A stretch of DNA of 64,000 bases from Oikopleura dioica (GCA_907165135.1 OU015567.1:11842001-11906000), one strand, 5' to 3'. Positions 36,042 to 50,354 are shown, counted from the stretch's first letter. Notes: generated by a model not told the origin, from the letters alone. Program-made: numbers and translations.

Positions 36042-39000
36042 ATGTCAAGTGCATCGAGCTCACAATCGAACGTTTCAGCAGCCTCTCAAAAGGTAATTCA
36101 CCACTTTATTCACTGGAATTCCTGGGCGCTTACTAATCTATCTTTTATAACCGTTAATTGTTGAAATTGCTGAAGGACAGATTCTCCTTGTTCTGAACTT
36201 TTAGGCGCATTAGCGCGGGCGCACGAGCTCTTTTGTCAGATTTGGAGTCTGACGCAAGTTTTTCTCAGGCAAGGCATAGTAAGAGACCGACGAATCAGGG
36301 AGGAGAATCTCACGCCTATTTTTCACCACTTTTCCAGCGCTGGTTAGAGATCACGAGTTCATTGATTTTCACTTTACGGACTTGGTCAGAGAAGTTCAAA
36401 AAGAACGAAATCATTGAAGGAAGGGCTGACCGACAAGAGATTTAAACACCAAGTTCTTTTCTAGACATGAACTTTTTTCCAATTTGAAAATTCACGTCAG
36501 CTCCAAAAGAAATAAAAATTTGAATAAAAAAGTTTCCGCAGTGAAAGTCTAAACCCACTAACCCTCATATGGGTGCCCAAAAATATGAAGAAGAGAAGTT
36601 TCTCGAGAAATTTGACCAGGTGGTTGTTTGATTTTTTCGCCCAGTGAAACCCAAGGGCGATATTTTTCGAACCAATCTTGATTTTTTACAGCCGAGATCT
36701 GGATCTCGCCAGAAAATTTTCAGTCGGGCGCGGCTCATTTTTTGAGTTTTTTTGTTATTTTTTTATATTTAATAATGGGTGTATTAGAGAAGAGTGAATC
36801 GGGATCATCGGATTCAGAGACTACAGGCTTTTTTCGAAGAAGCGGTTCTGTAAGGAGAATTTTTGTTTCAAGTCTTATCTGATTCATTATCGTAGTTACG
36901 TTGAACTCGTGAGACGATAAGTCATTTGAGTTGATTGCTTCGTTATGCAACAACTCAATAGCATCTAGTAACAAGTAAATTTTAGGAAGAAAAGGATGAG
37001 AAAAAAGGAAAGAAGAACAGCTCTATCACCACCATCCTATCCATTTGGAACTGCATCATGGGATCCGGACTTTTGACCATGCCCTGGGCTTTTGAAAAAG
37101 CTGGATTCGCTCAAACCATGGTTATCATGGTCCTCTGCGGAGTTTTTTGCTACTACACTGCTTATCTTGTAAGTTACTGAATAGCTGATGCTTGAGTTCT
37201 ATCTAAATTCTAGTGCATCAAACTTGCCGACCACCAACGAAAGAAAGGCGAACCCCTTCCCGAATTCCAGACAGTTTGTAAAATCTACCTCGGCCCATGG
37301 GGAGAATATATTGCGCTCTTTGCGGCTGACGTCATCGTCATCGGCGCGTTGACGGTTTATTACGTACTAATGGCTAAGTTTCTTTACGGCGCCGGGATGT
37401 CCATTTACGAGCTCAGTACTATGGTAAGATGTTGACTTCTTGCCCCTATTCAACACTCGAATGTAGCCTGAAGGAAGCGAGATTAAAACTTACGTCGACC
37501 CGCCAAAATGTATCGCTTACCAAGAAAGCCGACTCGGTCTTCCGTTTTCACCAGCTGCCCAAGAAACCGGTGACGAAGAGACTTTCTCCGCTGCTTGGCA
37601 AAAGAACGCAACAATCCCGCTTTATATCCTCGTTGTGTTCTTCCTCACCAATATCAAAAACGTTACTTTCTTCGCCAAGTTCTCTGCCTTCGGAACTTTC
37701 ACAGGTTTTACATCAATTGGTTATGTCGATAAATAATTGAGCATAGTCTTCCTGATCTTTTTCGTCACAATCTACAAGGGCGCTCAGTGGGGTTTCAGTG
37801 ACAATGTCGATTTCGTCAATACAACTTCAATCCACTACGTCTCACAATTCAAAGCTACAGGAACCGCTGCTCTACCTGGAGTTCTATCGATGGGATATTT
37901 TGTACATTCAGCTGTTTGCACTTTGCGTATGTTTTTCGGCAACCAGATACAGTTTTTTTCCATCTTAAGAGGCCCCAACTTAAGAGGACTTTTGCGTCAA
38001 TTTGGCTGATTTTGTCACCCTGAAAAATTCCAACTTAAGAGGACTTTCATGATAATTTTTATTAAATTTTAGAAAATTTCTATAAACCTGAGCCAGCCAG
38101 AGTGCACCATCTGTGGATAACTGGTCAAAGAATCAGCTCTTTCGGCGAAGTGATTTTGATATTTGAAAAAAGAAAGAAACTGTAGGGCAATTTATCGATA
38201 AGCTACCCTTAGACCCCCTTCCGGCTATTCTCAGTTAGGAGTAGGGTTAGGAAACAGCCTTACTTTGAGGATTACTAGATGCACCATGTGCGGTGCACAA
38301 CTATAATAGCGCCGACACCTCTGAAGGTGTTTTTGGCCGGTAGGCTAAAATTTTCCGAAAAATGCACCGAATAATCTCCCTCTTCAAATTTGATGTCTGT
38401 ATCCGATGCTGAAACCCAAATCCGAGCCAATTTTGGCATAAATATTGATTTTTCTTGGTCAAAACTTCTTGTTATCAAGTTTTTGTAGCAACTTTAACCT
38501 TCGGACGCATTAGGAAGCAAAAATATGGGGTTTTCAAAAATTTCAATTTTTAAAAATATGTATACCTGATTCGACTCGAAAATTTCCAACTTAAGAGGAC
38601 TTTTTCTCAGCCCTTGTAATCTCAAAAGGCCTCTTAAGATGGAAAAAAACTGTACTGTTTAAAATTTCTTTAGTGAAAGACAACAAGAATCAGGAAAAGA
38701 ACGCTCGTGATCTTGGCATCGCCTACATCCTCGTTTTCATCACCTACACTGCCCTTGGACTCATCTTCTACCTCTCTTATCCTGGCTGGAAGGGATGCAT
38801 CTCAGATATGTTCATCGAGGTTATTCTTTCTATTTTTTCAAAAGGCGAAACAATCTCTTAGAACTTCGACAAGCGAGAATGGATTGTGCCAATGATGGAC
38901 ATTCTCATGTTTATCCGAATCCTGACTGTCTATCCTCTGCTCACCTATTTTATCCGCTGCCAGAACTTCCTCGTTTTCAGCAAGACCGAATGGCCTGGAT

Positions 39001-39341
39001 ACCCGAAAGTCGCCATGGTGAATTTCTTTATCGTCGCCCTTGGATATTTTTGCGCTACCTTCTATGACAAGGTATAATTAGTGGTATTCTTGGATGTTGA
39101 ATTATTATAGATTGGGAATATCATTCGATACAGTGGAAGCTTCTGTGCGATGATCTACATGTTTTTCTTACCCTGCGTTGTCTACATGGTGCATCAAAAG
39201 CAAACCCTCGGCAAAGTACCCATCTCTTCCTATCTCATCCACGGTGTTTTGATCCTCATCGGCATTGCCAATTTCATCAATCAGTTCATCGTCAAAGACC
39301 CATACGATGAGTTCGTTGGAAATACCACAGTTGCCGCTTAG
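36042..39341 (+). CDS. SLC38A9: Lysosomal amino-acid transporter/sensor SLC38A9-like
   Basis: KNSSITTILSIWNCIMGSGLLTMPW, FFAKFSAFGT, GVLSMGYFVHS, NQEKNARDLGIAY and YDKIGNIIRYSGS match SLC38A9. N-terminal exons uncertain. Confidence 0.85.
37950..38652. mobile_element. Tc1/mariner-type MITE (703 bp) in an SLC38A9 intron
   Basis: TA TSD at 37948-37949 and 38653-38654. Perfect 25-bp TIR CAGTTTTTTTCCATCTTAAGAGGCC. Internal CCAACTTAAGAGGACT occurs three times. Confidence 0.9.
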
Positions 39342-42300
39342 AAAAATTACACTCTGCACACTCACACACAGTTAGCCCAACTACCTTGAACCTAGTCACA
39401 TTATTTGTGCCAGACCTTTTTCCTGCGATGTGATAATGTTTATATATAAATAAATATTATTATCTCATGATGAACTCTTTTAGCTTCGTCGATAGCCGTT
39501 ACTCTTGCCATTTTCGTAGGTAGGTATCACAAAAATCTACTAGCCATTTACCTCTATTAAAAAATGGAAATATCGTCCGTTGCCAGAATAAAAACCCTAT
39601 GTGGAAAGATCTGATACAGTATACAGTATATGATATACTTTATATCATATACTGCATATCAGGTACAGTTTGATCGATCAAGACTGCTGAGAACGCACTC
39701 ATTCAAAGTTGAAATTCATCATAGATTGATGCATTAGAAACGCGGGCATGACATGCGCGGTACAGTTATCCCAAGAAAATTGCCTCTCGAGAAGAAATAA
39801 TATCGTGGCTTTATAAAAGAGAAGTCCATTCTTTCGAGTTTCAGAGCAGTAAAAGCATGAAACCTTTTCAATTTTTCCTCCTTGCAAAACTAGCACACTC
39901 TCACACGGCTGGAAAATATCCCGTGACTTTCAAAAAAGTTATGGAGAGACTTCAAGACTACGATCTTTCGAACGAAGATCTGCTCGATCAAATCTTTGAA
40001 AATTATGTTGGTTAATTCATCTGTTATCCTTCAAACAAGATTCTGAAATAAAAAAAGCATTTGATTTTGGCCGCCAGTCACAATTGCGCACATTTGTGTC
40101 GGACAACTGTAATTGAGTAATTGTAGTGTTGTTTATCTTAGAAGGCATTTTTGTTGTTGATCGGATCGGTTATCCCCTTGTATTAGCTTCTAATGGAAGG
40201 ATTCATTAATCGAAGAAGAAAGAGAAAACGCCGAGAGCTGAGGGCCCTTCACCCGCTCGCTAGCCAGATGCTCCAACTCAAAAACCATAAAAAAACGTCG
40301 GAAACTTTCGCCACAAAATTCTAAAGCGAGTTTCATCGAACTTTAACAGTATATAAATGCATGGCTAAGTGTGAGTCTTAAAATCAAGATTGATGAATTA
40401 AAATAATAATCAAGGTATAAAAACTGGCATAAAGGAAATAGCTTCTTTTGGATTTAGGAAGTTAGGAGCGTGGCATCTGCTCACTACAGGGTGCCGTGTA
40501 TACAGTATCCCTGTCGTTCTGTATTTACTCTCGTTGAATGGCTAATCGATTAAGAATTTTTCAAATTCTGAAGCTTTCGGTTCACATTATTTGTGTAACA
40601 CAATCTTCTTTCATGGAAAGTTGGTTGAGCTGTACGAATTTGGTAGTAAAAAGGCTGAGAGATTTTTGCAAGTGGCTGATGACTTCCTCTGTCATAAAAA
40701 GCATGTGTTTCTAGTACCGGGCGGAAGCGATTTCTGCTGCGAAAGGTTGAGCCTTTCATAATTGGCACGTGGGTTTGTTATTTGGACAGTTGGTGCAAAG
40801 TTGGAGCTTTCAGTGGAGCAGAAGCTGAAGTGGAGTCAACAGTCTAGAAAATTTAATTGATTTCCGGCCGCACCTAAGTCCCCAAAGTGGATGATCATCA
40901 CTTCTTCCACTAAAGCCGGTTAACCGAGCGGAAAGTAAATTCAATTTCAGTTTCACCAACGGCCATTCAAGAACTTATAGAACTTGAAATCCCGTTTTAT
41001 CTTCCCGGTCGTGCTGAAACTTTATGAAAATCAAAGTGTTCTTTTTCACTAATGCTACTTGAATTCATTTTGATGGGCCGAATTTAAGCACGGAAGTAGC
41101 TGTTAAACCCTTCTGCATAATTAATCACTTGATTCGTAACTGTATTCCTAACTGCCGCGCCTTCTGACCAGACGGATTTGGCTCCGTGCGAACATAATGT
41201 AACTCGAGCTGTAACTCGCCTCTTGCCAAAGAGTACAGAATCGGTTAAACAGGCGTCTTCTCTATTTTGCATTTGGACAGTGATCAAAAATTAATTTTTA
41301 AGCGCATCGCAGAAAAGCACATACGTACAGCGCTTGTTCATTAACGCGTTTAGGTGCATTTTACAGTTAATATTTAGCCAGCCACTTGAAAATCTGACTT
41401 GAAAGTTTGCCTTTTGCATCTTTGATCGGCCTTTTTCGAGCTACATTGAGATTCAATTAGATTTCTTGGACGAAAATCTAGCTCTGGATTTGTTTTCTGG
41501 AGCAGGTGAAGTACGTTTTTGAAGTTCCATTCGATTGAACGGTTCCGCCCAATTAATCAAACTTAGCGATATCAAATTCTCAAATTTCCAATTTTATTCT
41601 TATCCCTTAATTTTTCCTTTGAAACCGAAAAGTACAGGGAGGAGGAAAAGGGTTGAGTAGTGATAAATGAAGTGTCAGAAATGGTGTCAACAGCTCGTAA
41701 TATGTCGGCAAGTTCTGAGGCGTATTGTGGTACCACGCCGCGCTAATTGAGCCACATTTACGCTCTTCAAAGGAGACCAGTGACCTGGAAGCGATAACCT
41801 GCCCATCTGGCGAGCCAGTACTTTTATAGCACCTCCAATAACTGATGATAGCTGATTGATAATAATTTTCAATATCTCTTAACACGATCATATCACATTT
41901 TTTATCTAAAAATGGGGTTCTAAGTTTTAAAATAAAATTTTCAATTATACCAACAATAAGATTCTTAATATTATTCCTAAATGATTTTTACAAAAAAATC
42001 TGCTTTCATCACCTTTGAAATCTATTTTGAAGCCTCTGAAAGTTCTGATTATTTTGCTCGAACTTGATAAATGAAATTTCATTTGTTAACATTTATTGTC
42101 TAACACATGCTTTAACATGTTTTTCCCTAAAATCTTCGAGATGCTTTAACACGCTCTCATTACTTTATTTGCCGAGTTCCATTCTCACATCTTGAGTTAA
42201 AACATTCAGCGGTAGCGCTCCTTCACGGTGAAAGTTTCACCTCATAAACCCAGGCCAAAATCAGATCTACCAAAACCTAACAGTAAATTTGGAACAACCA

Positions 42301-42572
42301 CGGGTCAAGTGATGGCGCTGTTCTGTGCGGCGCTGCTCTTCCGACGAGCGAAGTATCTTTACGGTCGATTCATAGTCCTCAGCCACTGACAAGTCGAACT
42401 CAAAGCAGCTACATTCAAAAAGATTTTCTCGAGTACTTAATCAAATTCAGAACTCAGAAAACAGAGAAAGAGAGAGAGAAACCAAGTCAAAGAAAGGATG
42501 TTAGAGCCACTAGACGCGGCAAACTTACCGATTTCGGTCAGCTTACCTTCTGGCTGCTTGGATACTCCTGTG

Positions 42573-44170
42573 ATGAGCTTTTCTGAGCTTTTAGAGCAGC
42601 CGATGAGCTACGACTTTCTCCCAAACAATGTAAGTGATTGAAACACTTTTGCTCAATAAATTTGGACTTTTAATTCATCCGGTGCTTCGAAGCCCAGAGG
42701 GGGACCCGAAAGGTGCCCCCAACAGTGCGTCCGGTCGTGTGCCCAGAAAATGTTTATTACCTGCGGCGGAGCTGTATCGATTAGGAAATAAATTTCTCAA
42801 CCTTTCAAGAATACAAATTAATTTGACGACGAAAAACGGCGAAGAACTATAAAATGAAATTTATTCAAAACTATAAAAAGACGCTCCTGATCGATAATTG
42901 TATACTAAACTTTTAAAACTTTGATCGATCTTCTTTTTAAAACCAAATTTCAGTCTCTCGATTCTGGCCGGGAAAGTTTCACATCAACAGGATCGGCTCA
43001 ATCGTCTCCTACATCACCTCTTACATCTCCGGCGGAGCAAACTGCCTCTCCTACCCTTCCAGAAGCTCAAGTTTCTCTCAGTCAACAGCAAACTCCAGCG
43101 ACATCTTCAGCTCAAAGCCATTATCCGCAGGAATTTTATCCTCAATACGTTCCACAGCCTGATGTAAGATTTTGCTCATTTAAATATTGGTTTTAACTGT
43201 CTCTTAGGTCTATCTCTACCCACAATCATATCTCCCCGTTCAAAATCAACAGTACCAGCAATATCACCCGGAAATGACTACCAACTACAGCAATACGGCC
43301 GCTTTTTACCCACAGATTCCAAAGTCAACTCAACTCGCTCCTGAACAAGGCTTTACTGGAAACTTCAGCAGTCATTTGCCATCAAATGTCCCTCCACCTG
43401 GTACACGTCTTTCGAGGAAATCTCCGAAAAAGAAGAAGAAAAAGGATCCTAACGAGCCAAGCAGACCTGTTTCCGCATACGCCTTATTTTTCAGGTAATT
43501 TAAAAGCAAAAGATTTCAAATTGAGATTCTCTTCCTTGATTTCAAATTGCAACAGATGCGTTATTAGGAAATTTTAACGCCTATCATTCAGAGAAACACA
43601 ATCGCTCATCAAAGGCCAGAAACCCGAAGCAACTTTCGGCGAAATCTCAAAAATCGTGGCGTCGATGTGGGACGCACTCGGGGATGAAGAAAAGACGGTA
43701 AGAAGCGATAAATTACATTATGCATTGATCAAGGCGCGCGCAAACTCGTGTCGCTTTCAATTATTTCCAAAGCTCACTCCCCTTGGGCTAAAGACGAGAT
43801 TTTGTTTACTTTTGAAAGGGGATAATGTATATTGATGGAATCGGATCAGGGAATGATTATTTATTCGCTGAATACGAGCCTCTCATCTCCGTCTGTTACC
43901 GATGTAACTCAGGTTGAGCGCCGGATAAGCCTACAACTAAATAATACTCTAATGGGAACTGATCGAAATGCAGTTTGTTCTGACCATAAATACAGATATC
44001 TGACTGATTTGAACTGAAATAAGTCGTAAAAAACAATTTAGGTCTACAAGCAGAAAACCGAAAACGCGAAAAGAAACTATCTCCGCGAGCTGGCATCCTA
44101 CCGAGCATCCCTGGTTTCAACATCCAACGGCCAACAACAACAACACTCAGTCCGGGCGAAGCCTTACTGA
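42573..44170 (+). CDS. TOX: TOX-family HMG-box transcription factor
   Basis: Spliced [87 protein letters not shown]-rich N-terminus. Start tentative. Confidence 0.9.
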
Positions 44171-44465
44171 GCACAAGGCATCACCATTCATTATTTCATA
44201 TTTTCTCATCGCACATAAATCCTAAACTCATCAACCGACGCGTAATTGAACTGTTCAGTTATATAATTTGTACATTTGCGCTTTCTACGGAGATAAAAAA
44301 TATTTTCATAAATTTCTGTAAATAAATAAAAAATTTCAGCAAAAATTGAACCGAGATTTCAACACGGAGGCGTGTTATTTACACAGTCCTGTGCTCGTAT
44401 TTATCTTTTTGTCTACCTTTCTTTACGAGAAATTTTTTTTTTTCAAAAAAAGGAGAACGAGAAAA

Positions 44466-45394
44466 ATGCTCGAATTTCTTTTTATTGTAATTTCAACTTT
44501 TGTCACGTGCCATGCTGAGTTTCTGGATGCAGAGGATACGCGTTGGGTCAGAGTTTGTACGAAATGGATTCCATGCCTTTTGCTTGCGATTATGATCCAA
44601 AATGAGAAAAAGAAGACGAAATGCATCCCAGGCAAGCTTTAATTCATTAATAGAGAGCTTCCACCCAGTATATTTTACAGTACTAAGAATCTGAGCTGTC
44701 CATATTTATCCGTAGTTATCATTTTCTAGGTGCACCAACAACGATCCAAGTTGGTTTGTTCTTTTCTGCCATCGGTGAGTAACAGAACTAAGGACTATTT
44801 GTTTTACAAAGCTCCTCCTGACCTTCAACTCAGGTGATGTTTTTCTGGTCTACGGAATGTACGAAAACTACTTTATTGCTGGCGTATGCTTCTTTGGCAT
44901 TGCACAAATGTTTTACACAATGTCATTCGGCTGGGAAGTTTGCAACTACGTCTCGATGATGATGATGGTCTCTATGAACTACATTCTTCAGGTAAATTGT
45001 ACTCATCCTTGATTTTCATTCACAAAACTCAAATAGAGAACGGTCATCGCCGAGGTTCAAGATGAGAAAATTCATGTCATGGTTGTTGGTTACAGCGTTC
45101 TTCTTACTTTTATGGGCTGGAGAGCTGTTGATGCTGCAGTAGCACCTGATGCTTCTGGTAGTAATTTTTATGATTCATGTTTTGAGTCTGTTTTTAGGCT
45201 GGGAGCGAGTCTATTCTCTTCTGGGAGGCATCATTTTCGTTATTTCCGACCTTATGATCGCTGTGAATCAATTCGTTCGACCGATTCCAAATCACAAACT
45301 TTATATTTTGAGCACTTACTTCTTTGCCCAGTACTGTCTCGCTCAATGGTCAATTTGCAAGGCTCACCGAATGCCCAAGATAAAAACCAACTAA
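44466..45394 (+). CDS. TMEM86: TMEM86/YhhN lysoplasmalogenase-like membrane protein
   Basis: TKWIPCLLL, GLFFSAIGDVFL, GGIIFVISDLMIAVNQF and ILSTYFFAQ match YhhN motifs. The first intron is GC-AG (44632-44729). Confidence 0.85.
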
Positions 45395-45761
45395 TTCCAT
45401 GGAGATTAATTTCGCATCAAAATAAACGCCACGAAAAGCCTATTCATTCTTTTAATTTTATTATCTTCTGAGGAAAGAGAATCAGACATGTGATGGATTG
45501 GATTCTAATACCGCTTTCGAAGGTCGCCCGCGAACATAAATTATCTCCTTGCTCAGCGTCTTGAAAATTGAGTTGTCTTCGTTGTTGGCAGTTTGATTTT
45601 ACCTTGGTCGATGATTTTGGTTTTATAAAGGCGAGTTGGAGCTGATGTCTTCCATAAATAAGTGCACTTTTTGAAGTGAATATTAGCAATTATTATCCTC
45701 TATTTTCCGCTATCTTTTTCTTTGTAAAAGATCTTTGAATTTCAAGAAGAACTCTATTTGT

Positions 45762-46385
45762 TTAGGACATTATTTCACTATTTCTTATAAGCGCCAGATG
45801 CACAAGCCCGCCTGATATGCTCAGAAACAAATTGACGCTCATTTCCAGTTTCGTCGAAAAGAAATTCGAGTAATGTCCGATAAAACCGAAGCAGACCTGA
45901 ATGATTCAGGCTGAATCCTTCACTCTCTTTTTTCATCACGAATATCTTACCGAACAAACGAAGCTTGAGAAGCAGCAAAATATGCTCAAAGAATAGGAGC
46001 AAAGAGTTTTCAGATGACCAGCTAGAATGGATAATATTCCTGTGCAGAGAAAAACTGTATCGAGCCCAGAATAGCCATAATAGTAAACAAACCAATCGTC
46101 CCAAATAGACCAGCTGGTCCAGCTATCTAATCATAGAATTACAAATCGTCGTATTCATGAAGTCAAACCGTCACAATTTGAATCCAAATCATCACTTGAA
46201 CCCGATTGACTAGAGCCCGAATCATTTTCATCGTTGCATAATTTTGGCTTAGGCGGCGCTAGAATGAAAATCTAGATTAATAAAAAGAGGATGATTCTAC
46301 CTAAGTAACAGTGGAATATTATCGTAGCTACCGTAATGGCAATTTGAGAAAATGCTAAGTTTTGGAGAATTTTTTCTTGCGTCAT
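45762..46385 (-). CDS. Four-TM protein (MS4A/CD20-like topology), spliced
   Basis: Assembled exons give four hydrophobic segments (LAFSQIAITVATIIFHCYL; TVFLCTGILSILAG; YSLSIFCCFSSFVCSVCFGFIG; VNLFLSISGGLVHLAL). 3' end uncertain. Confidence 0.45.
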
Positions 46386-47828
46386 TTCTTTCTCTCTTTT
46401 TTACAAATGAAAGTTCAATGCGTTTTCTCTTTCTTTTTCGTTTCTCGGTGCAATCAACAGTGACTTTGATTGAGGGCTCACTTTTCTTTGGTTTCTTCGA
46501 TTGTGCTCACTAATGAGATGCTGGGCCAGTTCAATTTAAAATCGAAATTGGGCACACTGGCCGGGATCGTACGTAACTCGCAGGCGTTCCAACTGATCTA
46601 ACCACAGATCGTGGATGCACCAGTCCTCCCTTGGGCCCCGAGCAGGTGTCAAATCCACATTGAAAGGCGTAGATCATTTTGGTTATTACCTTCCTCGTCC
46701 GAGTTTCGATTTTTATGCACGGTATCTTACAGTCTTTTACAGACTCTGTGTGATATTTTTTGCGCGAGAAATCAACGAGGAGTAATTAGGCGAAGCAGAC
46801 CTATTTTAATGACGATTTTGATAGGCGAAAATCGCATTGATATCTTTCCAAGTACTAATTTTGAATAAACACCATCTAGTCATTGTATCCCATAGAAACT
46901 CTAGTCATCAAAGCGATCCCGCGAAAGTCAAAAATAAAAAGTTCAATCACGCGAAGACGCGAGCCGTAGAGGAGCTTAAAATTTTTATGAGGCTGATCGA
47001 GCCAGGTGAAGCGAGAAACCTGTTTGGATTTTAAGGAAATTTATGTGCTGTTTCTATTTAGGCTGTGTATTTGCTCCGTCACGGAGGTTGAAATGGACCC
47101 CTCCCCATGTTTTTTCATTGAAGGGCAAATAATGCAAAATAAGCTTTCAAAGAATAATTCCCAAATGAGCAAACTTTCGACAGAGTGAGAATCCAGTGCT
47201 GTCCGAAAATTCATTGTGGTCAATTTTGTGGTGAGTTTGACGCTCATTTAGACCAAGAAAAGTACTCTTCATACAAGTTTAAAAGCTCCTATGCTTTAGA
47301 GCACTCCTTTGACATTGTGAATAAATGAAATTTTACAAATGCCAATAGTTGTGTTAACAAGAAGTTCTTGATCCTTCTTCTGGGGAGTTAGCTATTTATC
47401 AGGATCAACTCGTCTCGTCTCTAATTATTGCTTTCATCTGACGTTGATCCCCTTACTTGTGGCAGTCGCTTGATTGACGACGACTTTTGCGCTGATCGAC
47501 GAGTTTATACCGCAGCATTTTTACAGACTTCAAGACGTACTCAGAACAAGTCCTCGTGATATCAAAAGCCCTAAAGAGCATTTTTCTTTTAGGAAATATG
47601 GTGGAAGAGCCTCAATTACGTTCCAACTTACCTGGACGCAGGTGTCCATAGCTGCACTTTCCCCACATTGGATCAGAGGCATTTACTTATTGACCGCTTG
47701 ATTACTACTTTCTTCCTTATCAGATCTCTCGTACCTGATCATCACCTGTTGCCTTTGGCGCTGTTCTGAATCTATATAAATCTATCTTCTCTCATTTTAC
47801 CATTCACAACAAAAATCGAAAACTCACA

Positions 47829-48563
47829 ATGGTTAATCTTCTTTCAAACACTAACCTTCGATTCCTCACCTCCCTCCTTTCAATCTTCGCCATCGCCGCC
47901 GTCTTGTGTCATTGTTTCGTCTTCATCATTTTATTCTCCAACATTGGCATTTCTGCGCAAATTTCCGAAGAACTTCCTTACTCGATGATCGGCCAAGGAA
48001 TTTGGTCCGGTGGAATCGCCCTCGTCACAGCTTGCATTCTCTTCACCTTCATCGCTTGCAGAATTCAGTGCACTTTCTCGAAGTTCTACTTTTCTAGCGA
48101 CGAGAAAACTAGCGAGAAAACAGTAGTGGTCATCCTACTCGGGACGTTTCTGACGACTCTGGTTTGCGCGCTCATCGACGGCTTTGGCTGCGTCAATCTC
48201 GTCCGATCCGTTTATTTCGAAAGCGTTGGCGGGTCAGTTCTCTTCGCAATGTTGCTTTTTGAAGGCATCAGTCTCCTCGGCTGCTCGCTCGTATCTTTCA
48301 TCATCATGGCCTACTACACGAGCAACAACGAGCTTGTAGCGAACTTCCGCGCTCTGCAATACCAGTCAGATGTCAATTCAATCCAACGCTCCGTCTCCGG
48401 CCGAACCGACGATTTAACAACTCTGGTGGATGCAAGGATTGTCAACTCGCGGAAAAACTCGACATTTTTCTACGTTACGAGCGAAAATACTTCCGGATAC
48501 AGATCGTATTCAGATGTTGATGAGTATATGTCCGTGATCACCAATTCGAACTTTTACGACTAA
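47829..48563 (+). CDS. Intronless four-TM protein (MS4A/CD20-like)
   Basis: 244-aa ORF with four hydrophobic helices, a GQGIWSG motif at the start of TM2, a polar Tyr-containing tail and downstream AATAAA. Confidence 0.7.
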   Translation: MVNLLSNTNLRFLTSLLSIFAIAAVLCHCFVFIILFSNIGISAQISEELPYSMIGQGIWSGGIALVTACILFTFIACRIQCTFSKFYFSSDEKTSEKTVVVILLGTFLTTLVCALIDGFGCVNLVRSVYFESVGGSVLFAMLLFEGISLLGCSLVSFIIMAYYTSNNELVANFRALQYQSDVNSIQRSVSGRTDDLTTLVDARIVNSRKNSTFFYVTSENTSGYRSYSDVDEYMSVITNSNFYD

Positions 48564-50354
48564 ACTGGTTCTGTATATAAACTGTATTTTGTCTGAATCT
48601 GTAAATAAAATGAATATTCTAAATCGATTCTGATATTGTTAAAATGATCTAGGGTCTAACGATCTCCCATAACTTCATAAGTAGCGATTTTCCTAAAGCC
48701 ATAAATCCCCTGAAGGTCAGCACCTGCTTTTTTCTACCCTGCTGCAAATTTGACGCGTCTTCTGAGCTCCGACGCTCTTGAAATCATATTTGTTAATACC
48801 CTGGCTATTCAAAAATTTATTTTGGGAAAACGTGGGGAGAATCTAATCATCCATCTCAATTTTCATGTTCAAGTTTGTAGATGAAAGAAAGAGGTAAACT
48901 TTTAATTTTCCTTTTCCTTTGGCTACCCTTCAGCTTGCTTATTTTTAATGGGACTTGAACTTTTCTACTTTCTGTTTACTTTTAGAAAGTTTTTGGAAAC
49001 AGAAAGCCAGGTCTCAGCTGTCCCTTTTTCTTCTGATAAGGATTCATCTCCCGCCGGGGGACGAATCACCACTACGCTTATCAGTATTCTGACAGGCCTC
49101 AGAATAATTGATGGCTTTTACTTCCGTGAGAAGTAATGATTAAAGCTTTTAAACGGTTCTAAAAGGGTCTTTTTAAGCGATTTAATAACTTTATTGGCTT
49201 AAAAAGTTGATAATGTCGATTTCCGCTCGATATAAAATTATCGCCTTGTTTCTTTTTTTTTGACCTCAGAGTAGCATCAGAATGACGTGAAGATTTTTAA
49301 CTAATAAGCCGTGTTAATCCGATTTTCCAACAGTGGGTTTTGGGCATTAGAGGGCGCTAAAAACGCGCTACTCGCGACTAGCGCTGATTGAGCTCCGACT
49401 CTCTGAATCATTCACGCTTATTTAGCGCAGCGCCAGAGATCTCCTCCAACTCGACAAATTTCATTTTCTCTAAAAAAAAGAACATTCAAACTGACATTTT
49501 TTTCAAGCACTAAAAAATTTAAAAAAAAGAGGTTGGGCAGATCGACATCGAAAACAAAAAAAAAATACGAATTTGAAGAAGATTTTTGAGAGAGGGTCTA
49601 TCAATTTTATACGAAAATTTCAGGTACATTTCTTGCCTTTTCGTTTATTTACCGACATATTAAAATGTCATTATATATTTCTATAGCTAAAGAAATTACC
49701 AATTAACCCGTATGTTCTCTGATGACAAGATTAATAACAAGTCGGACGCAAATTACTGTAATGGTAATTGAGTTTTTGAGTAGTTGTCCTTTGCTGCACA
49801 AGTGCTCCTTGTCATTTTTTGAAAGGTTTCTTTCTGAAGAGCGGAATCCAAACAGATTCACAACGTCATGAGAAAGTCCAAACACTGATCCGAAAATAAG
49901 TACAGGAGATTACTGTTATTAAATTTTCACACACTCCTGAGGGACAGCAGTAGCATCATATGCTTGTTAGGAAATATGCATATTTCTGATCATTCACTTA
50001 GAAAATCGAGTGGATCAGTTCAAAAAAAACAATGATGAAAATTTTAAATTTCAGCTGTCGAAATTTCAACAACTTAATTTGGCTGGCCCTTTGATGAAAA
50101 ATTTTACGAGCAGAATGAAGACACTCACAAAGTCGCAGAACCATTTTTATTTTTTAATAAGGCAGCTTTATTAGTAAAACACTTTCGCACTAAGCCGTAC
50201 TTAGACATCCTCGAAAGGAAAATGCTGATTAATTAAAAAAAATGAATTTTGGCGCCGGACCAAGCTCACGCCAAGGAATCGCCCTTTTACGATATTTTCG
50301 AATTAATTTATCATCTATTAATCTCTTTCCTCCTTCCAATCAAAGACTTTTAGA

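Noticed and set aside
39612-39662. 13-bp AT-rich hairpin CAGTATATGATAT/ATATCATATACTG
   Set aside because: Low complexity, no TSD and no clear Helitron end. Insufficient to call.
40550-41891. Scattered minus-strand ORFs between SLC38A9 and TOX
   Set aside because: Could not be joined into a coherent spliced model and no motif was recognised.
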